Assembly: GCA_018816245.1 (NCBI GenBank)
Contig: JAHIVW010000003.1
Location: forward strand, 389,150 to 453,149
DNA length: 64,000 bases
Reading direction: 5' to 3'
DNA from: Nanobdellota archaeon
GTDB taxonomy: Archaea > Aenigmatarchaeota > Aenigmatarchaeia > QMZP01
Of the stretch, positions 8,262 to 18,191 are shown piece by piece; the stretch's first letter is position 1, and each line of letters starts with the position of its first letter. The notes under the pieces are model-generated. The model searched no databases. It was not told the origin of the DNA and saw nothing but the letters and a program-made list of their open reading frames with translations. The translations under genes and the position numbers were made by a program.

Positions 8262-10781
8262 ATGCGCCTTGCGCTGCTGGGAAGTGTGTTCCTTGTTGCT
8301 CTTCTGAGTCTGGCCCCACCAACAGCTGGGCTGCTCACTATTGATGTGACCGGCGCTGCAGGAAACTATTCCGCAGGCGCCCATCTTAATGGGAGCATAG
8401 TCATCACCTTCGATGAAATTCCTACTGGAAATGCGATCCTCGCTGCTTACATCGATTCAACGACCGCCCCGGTTGCAACAACCGAGCTGAATGATCTTCT
8501 TGAAACAGCGACAGCGCAGTATATTCCTGTCTCGTTTGAATACGAGGTTGCGGTATCGGGCAGCAACACCTGGACCGACTATCCCAATCAACAGTTTTTC
8601 TACGGCTTCACGGCAACCGGGACGTGTGGCGGTTCCTACTGCCTTCCCGGCGGGATCAATGAATGCAAGAACATCTGCCCGAATAATCCCCAATGCCAGA
8701 ACGGTCCCTATCCGTGCACGTGGGTATTCAGTCAGAATCCTGACCAGGAAGGATCGACGTCTGCACAAGATGGTCTCAAATACATCAATGACGGGAGCAA
8801 CGTCATTGCCTTGCCACAAGGAGAGAACGGCGACACGGTGTGGTCGTATGTCTCTTCCCCAACACCCACGGTCGACCTCACGACACGCATGGTATGTGGA
8901 AACGAGGTGTATCCTGCCTGTACGGAACATGCAGGAGTTTCGCCCTGTACCACCTGGCCCGATGGATGGATTCGCCGAACCTTGCCAGAGCTCAATACCC
9001 CCCAGTTCTATAACCCGATCCCGGGAACCGCACACCGGATCACGACCATCGAACCCTTTGATAACAGCAGCATTGAGTTGCACCCGAACCTCTTTGGTGG
9101 CGGCTTGGGCGGCATCTACAAGAACGACCTGAAACTCAAATACTACAAATGGGATGGTCAGAGTAATGTCCCGTCAAACAGCGCCTACTGGGATGGAGAA
9201 ACGATTCTTATCTTCAATTATGATGATACGGCAACCTATCGTATCACCTATCTTCCTCCAAACGGGCCACATCTCTGTGCGGTGACCAGTGTTAGCGAAC
9301 AAACAACTGAGGTGTGGAATGATGCCTTTTCTGAGGCCGGAACAACAACCTACAATACTCCTTATATCAAGACCTACACGGACACGATTCTCAATGCGAA
9401 TCTCGATGTTCCTGACTGTCCGGTTCCTTTTGGTAATCCCTGTAACACCATCTTTCTTTCCCTTACCGCCACCGAAACAAAGGACACGACTGGTACGGTT
9501 GAGATTACCTATGATTCACCAACAAGAACCGTAACCGCAACAACGTCGTCAAGCAAGCTTTCCAGCACCTTTGCAACCAATCCATTTCCCCTCTCGTCGC
9601 TCACCGATCTGGTGGCGCCTCCAGCGTTGGGGCCGCATCGTGTCTTTACCTCGCTCCTCCTCGACGGAATCAATGTCTCTTCAACCGCCTTCAACATTAC
9701 AACCTGTTTTGACGCGGACCAGGACGGTTCCTGTGATGCCATCGATTGTAATGATCAGGATATGAGTGTCTACCCTGGTGCTATTGAAATCTGCAACGGC
9801 ATCGACGATGACTGCGACGGCTTCATCGACGAAGGTTACACCACTGCCTTTTCGTCGATCGGAAGCCCATGCGGCGGCAAGGGGATCTGCGGCGGTGTTT
9901 TTGTGTGCACACCAAATGGCTTGAACGTGACCTGCACCAGCAATGTAACCGTCGGCCAGTTTCCGGAATACTGTGCTGATAAACGTGATAACGACTGCGA
10001 CGGTGCAGTCGATGAAGTTGTCGAGCTGGTGAACGGCCAAACTGTGGTTGCGTGTGTGTGCAAGGACGGTGAAACCAAGGTGTGTGGATCCAATGTTGGC
10101 GCCTGCAGTGCCGGCATGCAGACCTGCGTGAACGGGAAGTGGACTGTTTGTTCTGGAAAAGAGAGCGGATCATCAGAACTCTGCAACGGCATCGACGATG
10201 ACTGCGATGCTGAAATCGACAATATTAACGGTGGGACGACGCCGTCACAAACAGCATGTGGCTGTACTGGTGGGAAGAAACCAACACAAGAAAGCTGCAA
10301 TGATATTGATGATGACTGTAACGGCTTAGTTGATGACGGCATCGCTTGCTGCACGCCGGGGAATACAAGGAATTGTGGCTCATCCGTTGGTGCATGCGTC
10401 TCTGGTGTTGAAGTGTGTACTGATGAATTCCAATGGTCAAATGATTGTAGCGGTGCTACCCTCCCTCGCGCAAACGACATTTGCTACAATAATCTCGATG
10501 ACGATTGCGACGGCATCGCGGACGAATTTTGTACACAGGAGATCACCTGCGCCAATGGGATCCAGGATCTGAACGAAGAGGGGATTGATTGCGGCGCCGA
10601 ATGCGGAAACGTCTGTCCCATGAACATCGCGTCGATCGTCTTGCCGGTCGTCATTGCCCTTGCTTTTATTCTTGTAACCGTCTTCGGGCTCATCCCGCTC
10701 ATCAAGGCCCACCACACTACTTCGGCTCGGAACAAGGAGTGGGAGGAGGCTGACGAAGAGGAGGAGGACGAGGAGGAGTGA
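8262..10781 (+). CDS. Large secreted or membrane-anchored protein with tandem MopE-type Cys-rich (putative metal-binding) repeats
   Basis: The N-terminal signal peptide is MRLALLGSVFLVALLSLAPPTAG. Repeats such as CNDQDMSVYPGAIEICNGIDDDCDGFIDEG, CNGIDDDCDAEIDN, CNDIDDDCNGLVDDG and YNNLDDDCDGIADEF are present. There is a C-terminal TM helix and an acidic tail EEADEEEEDEEE. Confidence 0.75.
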   Translation: MRLALLGSVFLVALLSLAPPTAGLLTIDVTGAAGNYSAGAHLNGSIVITFDEIPTGNAILAAYIDSTTAPVATTELNDLLETATAQYIPVSFEYEVAVSGSNTWTDYPNQQFFYGFTATGTCGGSYCLPGGINECKNICPNNPQCQNGPYPCTWVFSQNPDQEGSTSAQDGLKYINDGSNVIALPQGENGDTVWSYVSSPTPTVDLTTRMVCGNEVYPACTEHAGVSPCTTWPDGWIRRTLPELNTPQFYNPIPGTAHRITTIEPFDNSSIELHPNLFGGGLGGIYKNDLKLKYYKWDGQSNVPSNSAYWDGETILIFNYDDTATYRITYLPPNGPHLCAVTSVSEQTTEVWNDAFSEAGTTTYNTPYIKTYTDTILNANLDVPDCPVPFGNPCNTIFLSLTATETKDTTGTVEITYDSPTRTVTATTSSSKLSSTFATNPFPLSSLTDLVAPPALGPHRVFTSLLLDGINVSSTAFNITTCFDADQDGSCDAIDCNDQDMSVYPGAIEICNGIDDDCDGFIDEGYTTAFSSIGSPCGGKGICGGVFVCTPNGLNVTCTSNVTVGQFPEYCADKRDNDCDGAVDEVVELVNGQTVVACVCKDGETKVCGSNVGACSAGMQTCVNGKWTVCSGKESGSSELCNGIDDDCDAEIDNINGGTTPSQTACGCTGGKKPTQESCNDIDDDCNGLVDDGIACCTPGNTRNCGSSVGACVSGVEVCTDEFQWSNDCSGATLPRANDICYNNLDDDCDGIADEFCTQEITCANGIQDLNEEGIDCGAECGNVCPMNIASIVLPVVIALAFILVTVFGLIPLIKAHHTTSARNKEWEEADEEEEDEEE

Positions 10782-10814
10782 GTTCTTTAAGACTCTTCCT
10801 TCTATAGAAAACCT

Positions 10815-11222
10815 ATGGAACAAAGCCCGTCACTTTCGTTGCTAATCATCATTGGGGTCATCTTTATCGGCCTCGGGATTGCTGGCATCTATATGTTTGC
10901 CGGTTCAACTACGCTCTCCGGACGTTTCAGTGATGAGCCTTCCTGCGCGGATGCCGCGATCGTTGTCCAGACCGGATCCTATCAAACGGGCGTTCTCGAG
11001 CTCCTTGTTTTGAATTACGACAGCAACGCTCATCCCGCAGAAGTGTTGCTCACCACACCGAGCGGTACTGAGAAGCGGAAACCGAGTTACACGATTGTAC
11101 CAGGGGCAACAACCGTGTCGGTGAATGATGTGGGCACAACCATCCAAGAAGCGACCGTCCATCTTCTGGATTGCACAAAAGTGAGTGATCTCATCCAACG
11201 TGACCGGATCACCGGGTTGTAG
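10815..11222 (+). CDS. Hypothetical N-terminally anchored small protein
   Basis: An N-terminal hydrophobic helix (LSLLIIIGVIFIGLGIAGIYMF) is followed by a beta-rich domain. It lies immediately downstream of the 839-aa surface-protein gene. Confidence 0.45.
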   Translation: MEQSPSLSLLIIIGVIFIGLGIAGIYMFAGSTTLSGRFSDEPSCADAAIVVQTGSYQTGVLELLVLNYDSNAHPAEVLLTTPSGTEKRKPSYTIVPGATTVSVNDVGTTIQEATVHLLDCTKVSDLIQRDRITGL

Positions 11223-11511
11223 TGTCTTCTGCTGTCAGGTGCAGGTAGTCGGGATGGTGCTTGAGAAAGTGCTGTCGGAGATAGGGACATGTTGGAATGA
11301 TTTTTTTGCCCCGGTTCTTTGCATACTCGAAAACGAAGCGCGCGAGTTGTTCCGCGATACCGCGTCCCCGATATGATTCAGGAACACTGATCGTGCGCAC
11401 GTCCAGAGCAGTTCCAACGAGGGTATATATGAGCACGGCTTCATCAGTGCCGAGGTTCATGACAACTCGTTGGCGAACAGGATCATGAACAATTGTCATA
11501 GGCGATGCCAT
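11209..11511 (-). CDS. GNAT-family N-acetyltransferase, short YjdJ-like form
   Basis: The protein is 100 aa. YRGRGIAEQLARFVFEYAKNRGKKIIPTCPY resembles the acetyl-CoA-binding R-G-x-G-I/A motif of single-domain GNATs. Confidence 0.7.
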   Translation of the reverse strand: MASPMTIVHDPVRQRVVMNLGTDEAVLIYTLVGTALDVRTISVPESYRGRGIAEQLARFVFEYAKNRGKKIIPTCPYLRQHFLKHHPDYLHLTAEDTTTR

Positions 11512-12917
11512 CGCGGCCCCTTGTCAGTGTCTTCGATGAGAACGCCCTGTTCTCGGAGCAGCACGCGGATCTCGTCTGCCCGGGTCCATTCCTTCGTGAG
11601 TCGACACTGTTCCCGTTGTTCGATCAGCTCCCGGATCATGGCCGGTGCCTGGAGCACGGTCTTCCATTCATGACCGTGCTCGCTCAGTCGAAGCCCCAAA
11701 ATCGTATCAAGTTCAAAAAGCATGGCAAGACGGGCTGGTGCGTCAGCAATCGTTTGTTCAGCAAGCTGTTTTCTTGTGTCACGGACAAAATGGAAGAGGA
11801 CAGCGAAGGCTTCGGGAACATTCAGATCATTGTCCAGTGCGGCCTCGAATAATTCCCGTGTTTGTGTTGTTTCTTGTGTTATTGCTTTCGGATCATCAGC
11901 ATGAACAGCGCGCAACTCGCGCACGAGATTGCGCAATGATGCGAGACTCTCGCCCGCAGCAGCAAGTCCTTTCTTCGTGAAGTTCAGTTTTGTGCGGTAG
12001 TGCGCTGACAACAACAAGAAACGGATCCCCAGCGGTTCTGCGTGTTGTTCCAGGACGCGAAGCGTCTTGATGTTGCCCAAGGATTTGCTCATCTTCTTTC
12101 CTTCCATGAGGAGCCATTCGTTGTGCAGCCACCAGTTCACGAACTTCTTGCCGGTTGCTGCCTCAGATTGGGCAAGCTCGTTCTGGTGGTGCGGAAAAAT
12201 CAAGTCAACGCCGCCAACATGAATGTCAAACGGGGTTCCCAGATATTTCATGCTCATGGCCGAACACTCGATGTGCCAGCCTGGCCGCCCCTTGCCGATG
12301 AGCGTGTCCCAAAAGACGTTTCCGTCATCCGCGGTCCACGCTTTCCAAAGCGCGAAGTCTCGGACATCAGTCTTGTCATATTCGTCCGCGGCAACCCGGC
12401 CGCTTGCTCCTGCCTTCAAGGATGCGGTGTTCAACCTCGCAAGGTTCCCGTAGTCCGGGAACTTCGAGATGGCGAAGTAGACCGAGCCGTCCTCACCTTT
12501 GTACGCAATTCCCTTTTTCAAGAGGTCTTGCACCAGTTGTACCATGTCCTCGATGTGATCAGTTGCTTTGGGGATGGTTTCCGGAAGCAGAATGTTGAGC
12601 TGGGTAAGGTCCTCGAAGAATCCTTTGGTGTAGAACTCCGTGAATGCATTGAGTGATTTCCCTTCCTTCTGGGAATCCCGGATCGTCTTGTCGTCAACGT
12701 CCGTGATGTTCATGACATGCTTGACGGTGTAGCCTTTCCAGAGGAGGTACCGCTTCAGTAGATCCGCGAAGACATACGCCCGGTAGTTCCCGATGTGCGG
12801 GGAGCTATAGACCGTGGGACCGCAAACGTACATCCGGACCGTGCCTCGGGTGAGCTCCTTGAACGGCTGGATCTTCCGGGTGAGGGTATTGTAGAGACGG
12901 AGGGCCATAGTGACCAT
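11496..12917 (-). CDS. cysS: Cysteinyl-tRNA synthetase
   Basis: Class I signatures HIGN and KMSKSLGN are present. PGWHIECS is the Zn/cysteine-binding region. The length is 473 aa. Confidence 0.95.
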   Translation of the reverse strand: MVTMALRLYNTLTRKIQPFKELTRGTVRMYVCGPTVYSSPHIGNYRAYVFADLLKRYLLWKGYTVKHVMNITDVDDKTIRDSQKEGKSLNAFTEFYTKGFFEDLTQLNILLPETIPKATDHIEDMVQLVQDLLKKGIAYKGEDGSVYFAISKFPDYGNLARLNTASLKAGASGRVAADEYDKTDVRDFALWKAWTADDGNVFWDTLIGKGRPGWHIECSAMSMKYLGTPFDIHVGGVDLIFPHHQNELAQSEAATGKKFVNWWLHNEWLLMEGKKMSKSLGNIKTLRVLEQHAEPLGIRFLLLSAHYRTKLNFTKKGLAAAGESLASLRNLVRELRAVHADDPKAITQETTQTRELFEAALDNDLNVPEAFAVLFHFVRDTRKQLAEQTIADAPARLAMLFELDTILGLRLSEHGHEWKTVLQAPAMIRELIEQREQCRLTKEWTRADEIRVLLREQGVLIEDTDKGPRWHRL

Positions 12918-12960
12918 TTAAATACTCTAATGGTAAATACACCGAATCGGAGCTTTAAAC

Positions 12961-13230
12961 ATGATTCCTATGCAGGCAACCATTCTCCAGTATCGTCGAG
13001 GGCGCCACACCCAGACCCCGAACCAGGCCCTCCTCCAGATCCCAGGGGTGGATTCCCGGGCAAAGGCCGCGGACTACCGAGGCAAGAGGGTCGTGTGGAA
13101 GACGACCGCAGGGAAGGAGATCACGGGCAAGATTATCCAACCGCACGGCAACAAGGGCGTTGTTCGCGCCCGGTTCGTGAAGGGACTGCCTGGAACGGCG
13201 CTTGGGACCCGAGCGACGATTGTTGCTTAA
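12961..13230 (+). CDS. rpl35ae: 50S ribosomal protein L35Ae (eL33)
   Basis: An 89-aa protein. RRGRHTQ...YRGKRVVW...HGNKGVVRARF...LPGTALG is the characteristic L35Ae pattern. Confidence 0.85.
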   Translation: MIPMQATILQYRRGRHTQTPNQALLQIPGVDSRAKAADYRGKRVVWKTTAGKEITGKIIQPHGNKGVVRARFVKGLPGTALGTRATIVA

Positions 13231-14465
13231 CGAGCTGCCTGTCCCCACGTCTGCTTCGCTTTCTGAAGCATCGTGACAACCGGCGTCTTCTCACCGGCAA
13301 GATAGTAGAGTGCAGCCCGCCCGCCGGTGCTGATGTGATCAAACCGGTCGGCAATCCCGAGCTGGCGCACGACTTCTGCGGAATGCCCCCCGCCGATCAT
13401 CCGGTAGCCCTTTTGGTTTGCAACATGGGTGATAAGTTTGTGTGTTCCGTAGTCGAAGTCCTTGTCCTCGAACCGGCCCATGGGACTGTTCATCACCACG
13501 ACCTTGGCGTCGTCAAGGATCTTGCAATAATGGTCAACGGTTTCCTTGCCGATGTCCGCAATGGGGAAGGATGACGGCAACGCTGACACCGCAATATCGA
13601 TCCGGCGTTCATGATCAATGGCGATGTCAACCGGGGTCATAATATTGTCTTCATACCGACGCAGGATAGCCTGCGCATCAGGGATCAATGTATCAATGCC
13701 TTTTCCTTTCAGCACTTCCATGGTGGCGTTCCCGAGATTGTAACCACGGGCTGCGAGGAACAGTGTTCCCAGCAAGCCACCAGTCAGGATCATGTCTGCA
13801 GTCCCGTTTGCAAGTGCACAGCGAACCACCTTCAACGATTCCGGGACCTTTACGCCACCGAGTACGAATGCAACCGGCTTCTCTTGCTGGTCAAAGACAC
13901 GCTCAAGTGCTGTCAGTTCTGCCTCGATCAGCCTGCCAGCAGCAGTCGGGAGGGTTTCCCCAAACCCAACAAGGGATGCCTGGCTGCGATGAATTGCACC
14001 AAACGCGTCGTTCACAAAATAGTCAGCAAGCGGCGACAGTTTTTGGACCATCATGGTTTTGGCAAGCGCGTCAGCAGGCTGCTCCTTAAGTTCTTCGGAG
14101 TTGAATCGGACATTCTCGAGGAGGAGGGTCTCACCGTTCTTCATTTTGGTGATGCTCTCCCGGGCATGGGTTCCAAAGATGTCATCAATATACGTGACTG
14201 GAGAACCCAGATGGTGTTCCAGAACGCTCGCATGCTGGTCAAGCGGCACGAAGTCAGTATCACCGACGCGTCCCTGATGCGACAGCACCACGGTTTTCGC
14301 GCCAGCCTCAGCAAGCTCCTTTAAAGTTGTTGCCGCGTGCCGGCGGATCCTGGTGTCATCCATGATCTTCCGCGAATCACGGTCAATAGGACAGTTGATG
14401 TCAACGCGAACGAGCACGGTCTTGCCTGCAACAGTCATATCGTCGAGCGTCAGGAATTTCTTCAT
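13227..14465 (-). CDS. pgk: Phosphoglycerate kinase
   Basis: VLVRVDINCPID and the C-terminal GGG/STGGRA motifs are present. The start at 14465 (MKKFLTLDD) sits 5 nt after the aldolase stop. The longer ORF-track start at 14615 would overlap the aldolase gene. Confidence 0.93.
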   Translation of the reverse strand: MKKFLTLDDMTVAGKTVLVRVDINCPIDRDSRKIMDDTRIRRHAATTLKELAEAGAKTVVLSHQGRVGDTDFVPLDQHASVLEHHLGSPVTYIDDIFGTHARESITKMKNGETLLLENVRFNSEELKEQPADALAKTMMVQKLSPLADYFVNDAFGAIHRSQASLVGFGETLPTAAGRLIEAELTALERVFDQQEKPVAFVLGGVKVPESLKVVRCALANGTADMILTGGLLGTLFLAARGYNLGNATMEVLKGKGIDTLIPDAQAILRRYEDNIMTPVDIAIDHERRIDIAVSALPSSFPIADIGKETVDHYCKILDDAKVVVMNSPMGRFEDKDFDYGTHKLITHVANQKGYRMIGGGHSAEVVRQLGIADRFDHISTGGRAALYYLAGEKTPVVTMLQKAKQTWGQAAR

Positions 14466-14469
14466 AGCG

Positions 14470-15417
14470 TCACACAACCCGGAAGGATTGTTTTCCTTCT
14501 GCGACTTGGAGCGCAAAGGCAACGTCTTTGTCCCCGACCGTGATCGCAGAGATCGCATTCGCCATCCGAACCGCGTCAGTAAGTGATTTCTGGTGAATGT
14601 TTCTTCCTGTTGCATTACCTGATACCCCGGCCACGTGAATCTGGTCGTACAACCGTCGCAAGAAGGTATCGATTTTCGTTGAACTGCCTCCTTCGCACAC
14701 GATCTTCGTCCTGCCGGCTGCGCGGATCGCTTCCTTCAACAAAGCGGGATCGGACACATCACCCTGCTTTGGTTGTTTGACTTTCACAAAATCAGCACCA
14801 AGGACAGCACCAATGCCTGCTGCACCAGCAACTAGATGTGGGTCCTTGTCGTTTTTCACACCGCGACCCCGGGGGTACGACCACAACACTGCTATCATAC
14901 CGTGTTCATGGGCTTTGGCAAAGAGCTGTCCTGCCTGCGCAAGCATTTCTGCTTCGTGTTCGCTCCCTGGATAGACCGTGCATCCAATGCCAAGGACAGC
15001 GAGGCCGTTCTTCTGCAATCGCAACACATCGTCAAAGGATGCAAGCGCGAGGCTGCGAGGATCCCGCTCCGTTCCTTTATCGAGATGGGTTTTGGAGTTC
15101 ATCTTCACCAGGTACGGAATGTCTCGGTAACTCGGACCATAGCGGGCAATCAGTCCGAATTGTGTCGCAAACACACCGATCTCTGCCTGATGCGCAATTC
15201 GGAACAGATGTTCAGGATCGCCGTCATCGTCGGGGATCTTTCCGATATCAGCCTCTCCTGCAAAATCGTCATTAAGATGTTCAGCCTTTTGATCACCCGC
15301 AAACAGCATCAATCTCCCTGTGTTCCTTGTTGCTAAAAGATAGTTTTTGATGTAGGTTTCCCGCTGTTCATTCGGAACAGATGCAGGAACAACAACATCA
15401 GCTTCTGTGATCTTCAT
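14470..15417 (-). CDS. fba: Class I fructose-bisphosphate aldolase, archaeal/DhnA (FbaB-like) type
   Basis: The 315-aa length and DhnA-family pattern fit (YLVKMNSKT, GADFVKVK Schiff-base lysine region, GRNIHQ). It is directly upstream of pgk on the same strand. Confidence 0.85.
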   Translation of the reverse strand: MKITEADVVVPASVPNEQRETYIKNYLLATRNTGRLMLFAGDQKAEHLNDDFAGEADIGKIPDDDGDPEHLFRIAHQAEIGVFATQFGLIARYGPSYRDIPYLVKMNSKTHLDKGTERDPRSLALASFDDVLRLQKNGLAVLGIGCTVYPGSEHEAEMLAQAGQLFAKAHEHGMIAVLWSYPRGRGVKNDKDPHLVAGAAGIGAVLGADFVKVKQPKQGDVSDPALLKEAIRAAGRTKIVCEGGSSTKIDTFLRRLYDQIHVAGVSGNATGRNIHQKSLTDAVRMANAISAITVGDKDVAFALQVAEGKQSFRVV

Positions 15418-15463
15418 ACCAAACCTCCTTCCAGACCAGGGTATGTTATATACTTGTAAAACT

Positions 15464-15487
15464 AACTTCCCTTTTACGGGGGAAGTT
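15464..15487. promoter_or_regulatory. Perfect 8-bp inverted repeat (AACTTCCC-N8-GGGAAGTT) between the divergent fba-pgk and transporter promoters
   Basis: Seen directly in the DNA. It is flanked by the TATA-like boxes GTTATATAC (15445..15453) and GTTTAAATAAC (15485..15495). Confidence 0.35.
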
Positions 15488-15546
15488 TAAATAACTTATA
15501 ACTAGTCTTCCCCACACTGAATATCATACCAAACTATGGAGAAAGT

Positions 15547-16698
15547 ATGCATACGTCATTCCATCCGGTCCACATGATTACTCGTGTACTTCGGCTCAAG
15601 GACGAGCTCTCGGAGGTATACGCCAATCTCATCATTCAAACCTTCGCGATTTCTCTTGCTGGTGTGTTTCTTCCCATCTTCGTGATCAACCTCGGCCATT
15701 CGCTTGACATTGCCCTCATGTTCATGCTGGTGTTCTGGATCGCCCATGGAATTTTTGTGCCGTTTGCCTCGAAGCTGTCAGGAGTTATTGGGCTGAAACA
15801 TTCCATTCTGATTCGCATTCCTCTCCTCGTGAGTTTCTTTGCGTTGCTTGCCTGGGCACCGGGAATTGCGAACAATCTCAGTGTTCTGTTTTTCATTGCC
15901 ATCCTTGGCGGTATTTCCGAAGCCATCTACTGGCCGTCGCTCCATGCAGTATTTATCAAAAACTCGAGTCTTGTTGGTGAGACAGCACAAGCAGGGAACT
16001 TGTTTGCCTTCCCGAAGTTTGCGGCTGTTGTCGCACCGCTTCTTGGGGCAACTATCCTCGCGGTCCTCGGGTTTCCGGTTCTCTTCGCAATTGTGATTGT
16101 CTTGATGCTGCTCTCTGTTGTTCCCTTGTTCGTGACTCCTGATCGCCGTGAATCGGTCACGATTGACAAGAAGGTCTTTTCCTCAAGCTCGGTGTACGCG
16201 CTCCTCTTCCTTTCAAAAGGAATCCTGAAAGTCTCAGAAGCAGTGATGTGGCCGTTGTTTGTCTTCGTCATGATCGGTGGATTCGTCAACGTTGGTCTTG
16301 CCGCGACCTTTACCGCGCTTGGGATAGCGATCTTCACCAGCTTCATCAGCAAGATCACGAAAAAGATGCGGCGCCACCAACTTTTGAAAATCGGAGCAAT
16401 TGGTTACCTTGTGATTTGGGTCCTTCGGATTGGGGCAACCTCCATTGAGGAAGTTATCCTTCTTTCCTTCTTCGGCGGGATCTTTTTCTCCATCATCTCG
16501 GTGCTGGTGTACACCTTTTTTGCTGACCGTGCCCGTGGTGTGCACATGATGCGGGAAGTGGCGTTCCGGGAGATCTGGCTCATGTTCGGGATGGCGCTCC
16601 CGATCCTCTTCGCACTCATGTTCCTGGAGCCTGCGACAAAGTTTGTGTTCGTGTTCTCCCTCGCCGCGATTATCTCGCTCCTCTTCGTTTTTATCTAA
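15547..16698 (+). CDS. Polytopic membrane transporter, MFS-like
   Basis: A 383-aa protein with about 10-12 hydrophobic helices and short basic loops. No diagnostic motif was identified. Confidence 0.55.
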   Translation: MHTSFHPVHMITRVLRLKDELSEVYANLIIQTFAISLAGVFLPIFVINLGHSLDIALMFMLVFWIAHGIFVPFASKLSGVIGLKHSILIRIPLLVSFFALLAWAPGIANNLSVLFFIAILGGISEAIYWPSLHAVFIKNSSLVGETAQAGNLFAFPKFAAVVAPLLGATILAVLGFPVLFAIVIVLMLLSVVPLFVTPDRRESVTIDKKVFSSSSVYALLFLSKGILKVSEAVMWPLFVFVMIGGFVNVGLAATFTALGIAIFTSFISKITKKMRRHQLLKIGAIGYLVIWVLRIGATSIEEVILLSFFGGIFFSIISVLVYTFFADRARGVHMMREVAFREIWLMFGMALPILFALMFLEPATKFVFVFSLAAIISLLFVFI

Positions 16699-16729
16699 GC
16701 ATTTGAAGCTTGGATCCTGAGAACACTCC

Positions 16730-17908
16730 ATGAAGCTGCTGGTGTTTTCTGATACACATTTCGGATTCGGGAGCGGGACAGAACGGGAAACCGAGGCATT
16801 CGACTGTGTCCAGGAAGCACTCCGCCAGCACGTTGACGCTGTCCTGATTGCGGGCGACCTGTTTGATGGAAAAACACCTTCGTCAGAGATCCTTGCGAAA
16901 ACCATGGAATCATTACTACCGACGGTGTTCTCCAATCAGACAGCACGAGTGACCGAAGGGATTCAGAAGGATCTTGCAACGGTCCCACAGCTTGCGTTTC
17001 TGGGAACACCGGTCATTACCATTGCCGGGAACCATGAGCGGCGGGCAAAGGGCCTGCTGAATCCGGTGCAGCTCCTGGAACGTGCTGGGTTTGTTTTTCA
17101 TTTGCACGGGAACGCGCTTGTCCTCGAGAAAAACAGTGAACGAGTTGTTATCCACGGGCTCTCTGGTCTGCCGAACCATCTTGCTCCGGCGGTCTTCAAG
17201 GAATGGAATCCGAAACCGCTTCCTGATGCATTCAATATTCTCCTCTTTCACCAAACGCTGACGCCGCTCTTCTTTGCTCCAAACGGCTTTGCCATGGACC
17301 AGCTGCCACCAGGCTTTGACCTGTATCTCTGTGGCGACATTCATGAAGCAAAGCAGGCAACGTTTGACGGGAAACCACTGCTCGTGCCAGGATCCGTAAT
17401 CCATACCCAGCTGGGCAAGGATGCACGCGAACGGAAGAAGTACTGGATTATTGAAACACAAGGAAAGGACTGCACCATCGAACCACACGAATTTGAAGAA
17501 CAACGGGATTTCTATTTAATTGAAGACAATGTTGAAGCACAACTCGCGTTGCTTGCTGCACAGAAACATACTAAGAAACCGCTTGTCCGAGTTAAACTCC
17601 CGAAGAATCATCCCCTTCCCATGCAACGACTAAAAGAACAGTATCAGGAACAGTTCCTGCTCTCGTTCCGGCACACAGAAGGGAAGCCCATTGAGGAAAC
17701 CGGTGTCAGTCTTGATGACCAGCGCCTTTCGGTTCAGCAGCTCGGGAAGGCGCTGCTGACCGCGCACTTCGAGAAAGGAATGCTTGACACCGATCGAGCA
17801 CACCAGCTGTTTGAGTTGCTGGCAGAAGGCAAGACAGAACAGGCGGTACAGCTCCTCGAACAAACGGGGATTAGGAGAACTGATTTAAAGGAACAAACAA
17901 AAGGGTGA
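16730..17908 (+). CDS. mre11: Mre11-like metallophosphoesterase (DNA double-strand break repair nuclease family)
   Basis: Calcineurin-like phosphoesterase motifs are present: FSDTHFG, AGDLFD, GNHER and GDIHE. The length is 392 aa. No rad50 gene is adjacent. Confidence 0.75.
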   Translation: MKLLVFSDTHFGFGSGTERETEAFDCVQEALRQHVDAVLIAGDLFDGKTPSSEILAKTMESLLPTVFSNQTARVTEGIQKDLATVPQLAFLGTPVITIAGNHERRAKGLLNPVQLLERAGFVFHLHGNALVLEKNSERVVIHGLSGLPNHLAPAVFKEWNPKPLPDAFNILLFHQTLTPLFFAPNGFAMDQLPPGFDLYLCGDIHEAKQATFDGKPLLVPGSVIHTQLGKDARERKKYWIIETQGKDCTIEPHEFEEQRDFYLIEDNVEAQLALLAAQKHTKKPLVRVKLPKNHPLPMQRLKEQYQEQFLLSFRHTEGKPIEETGVSLDDQRLSVQQLGKALLTAHFEKGMLDTDRAHQLFELLAEGKTEQAVQLLEQTGIRRTDLKEQTKG

Positions 17909-17912
17909 TGGC

Positions 17913-18191
17913 ATGGACCGGACGCTCGTCAAGCAAGTTGCAGTGCTTGCACGACTCACGCTGATCGAGGACGAAGAGAAGCTGTTTGCCAAGGAACTCG
18001 AGAAGGTACTTGATGCATTCAAGACTCTGGCTACTGCGCCGGTGAAGACGCTGCCACAAACAGTTCACCCGGTGGCCGTGAAGAATCGGACGCGGTCCGA
18101 CACCATTGAACCATCACTCACCCAGAAAGAAGCGCTTGCGAACGCAAAGAACAAAAAGGACGGCTACTTTGTGGGACCACGGGTTGCATGA
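17913..18191 (+). CDS. gatC: Asp/Glu-tRNA amidotransferase subunit C
   Basis: A 92-aa protein. VAVLARLTL..E....EL..VLD and the C-terminal KDGYFVGPRV match the GatC pattern. Confidence 0.8.
   Translation: MDRTLVKQVAVLARLTLIEDEEKLFAKELEKVLDAFKTLATAPVKTLPQTVHPVAVKNRTRSDTIEPSLTQKEALANAKNKKDGYFVGPRVA

Noticed and set aside
14466-14615. A 50-aa N-terminal extension of pgk given in the ORF track.
   Set aside because: It would overlap the 3' end of the aldolase gene. The extension is Arg/Ser-rich and unlike PGK. The internal MKKFLTLDD start fits the family and leaves a 4-nt gap (14466..14469) before the aldolase stop.
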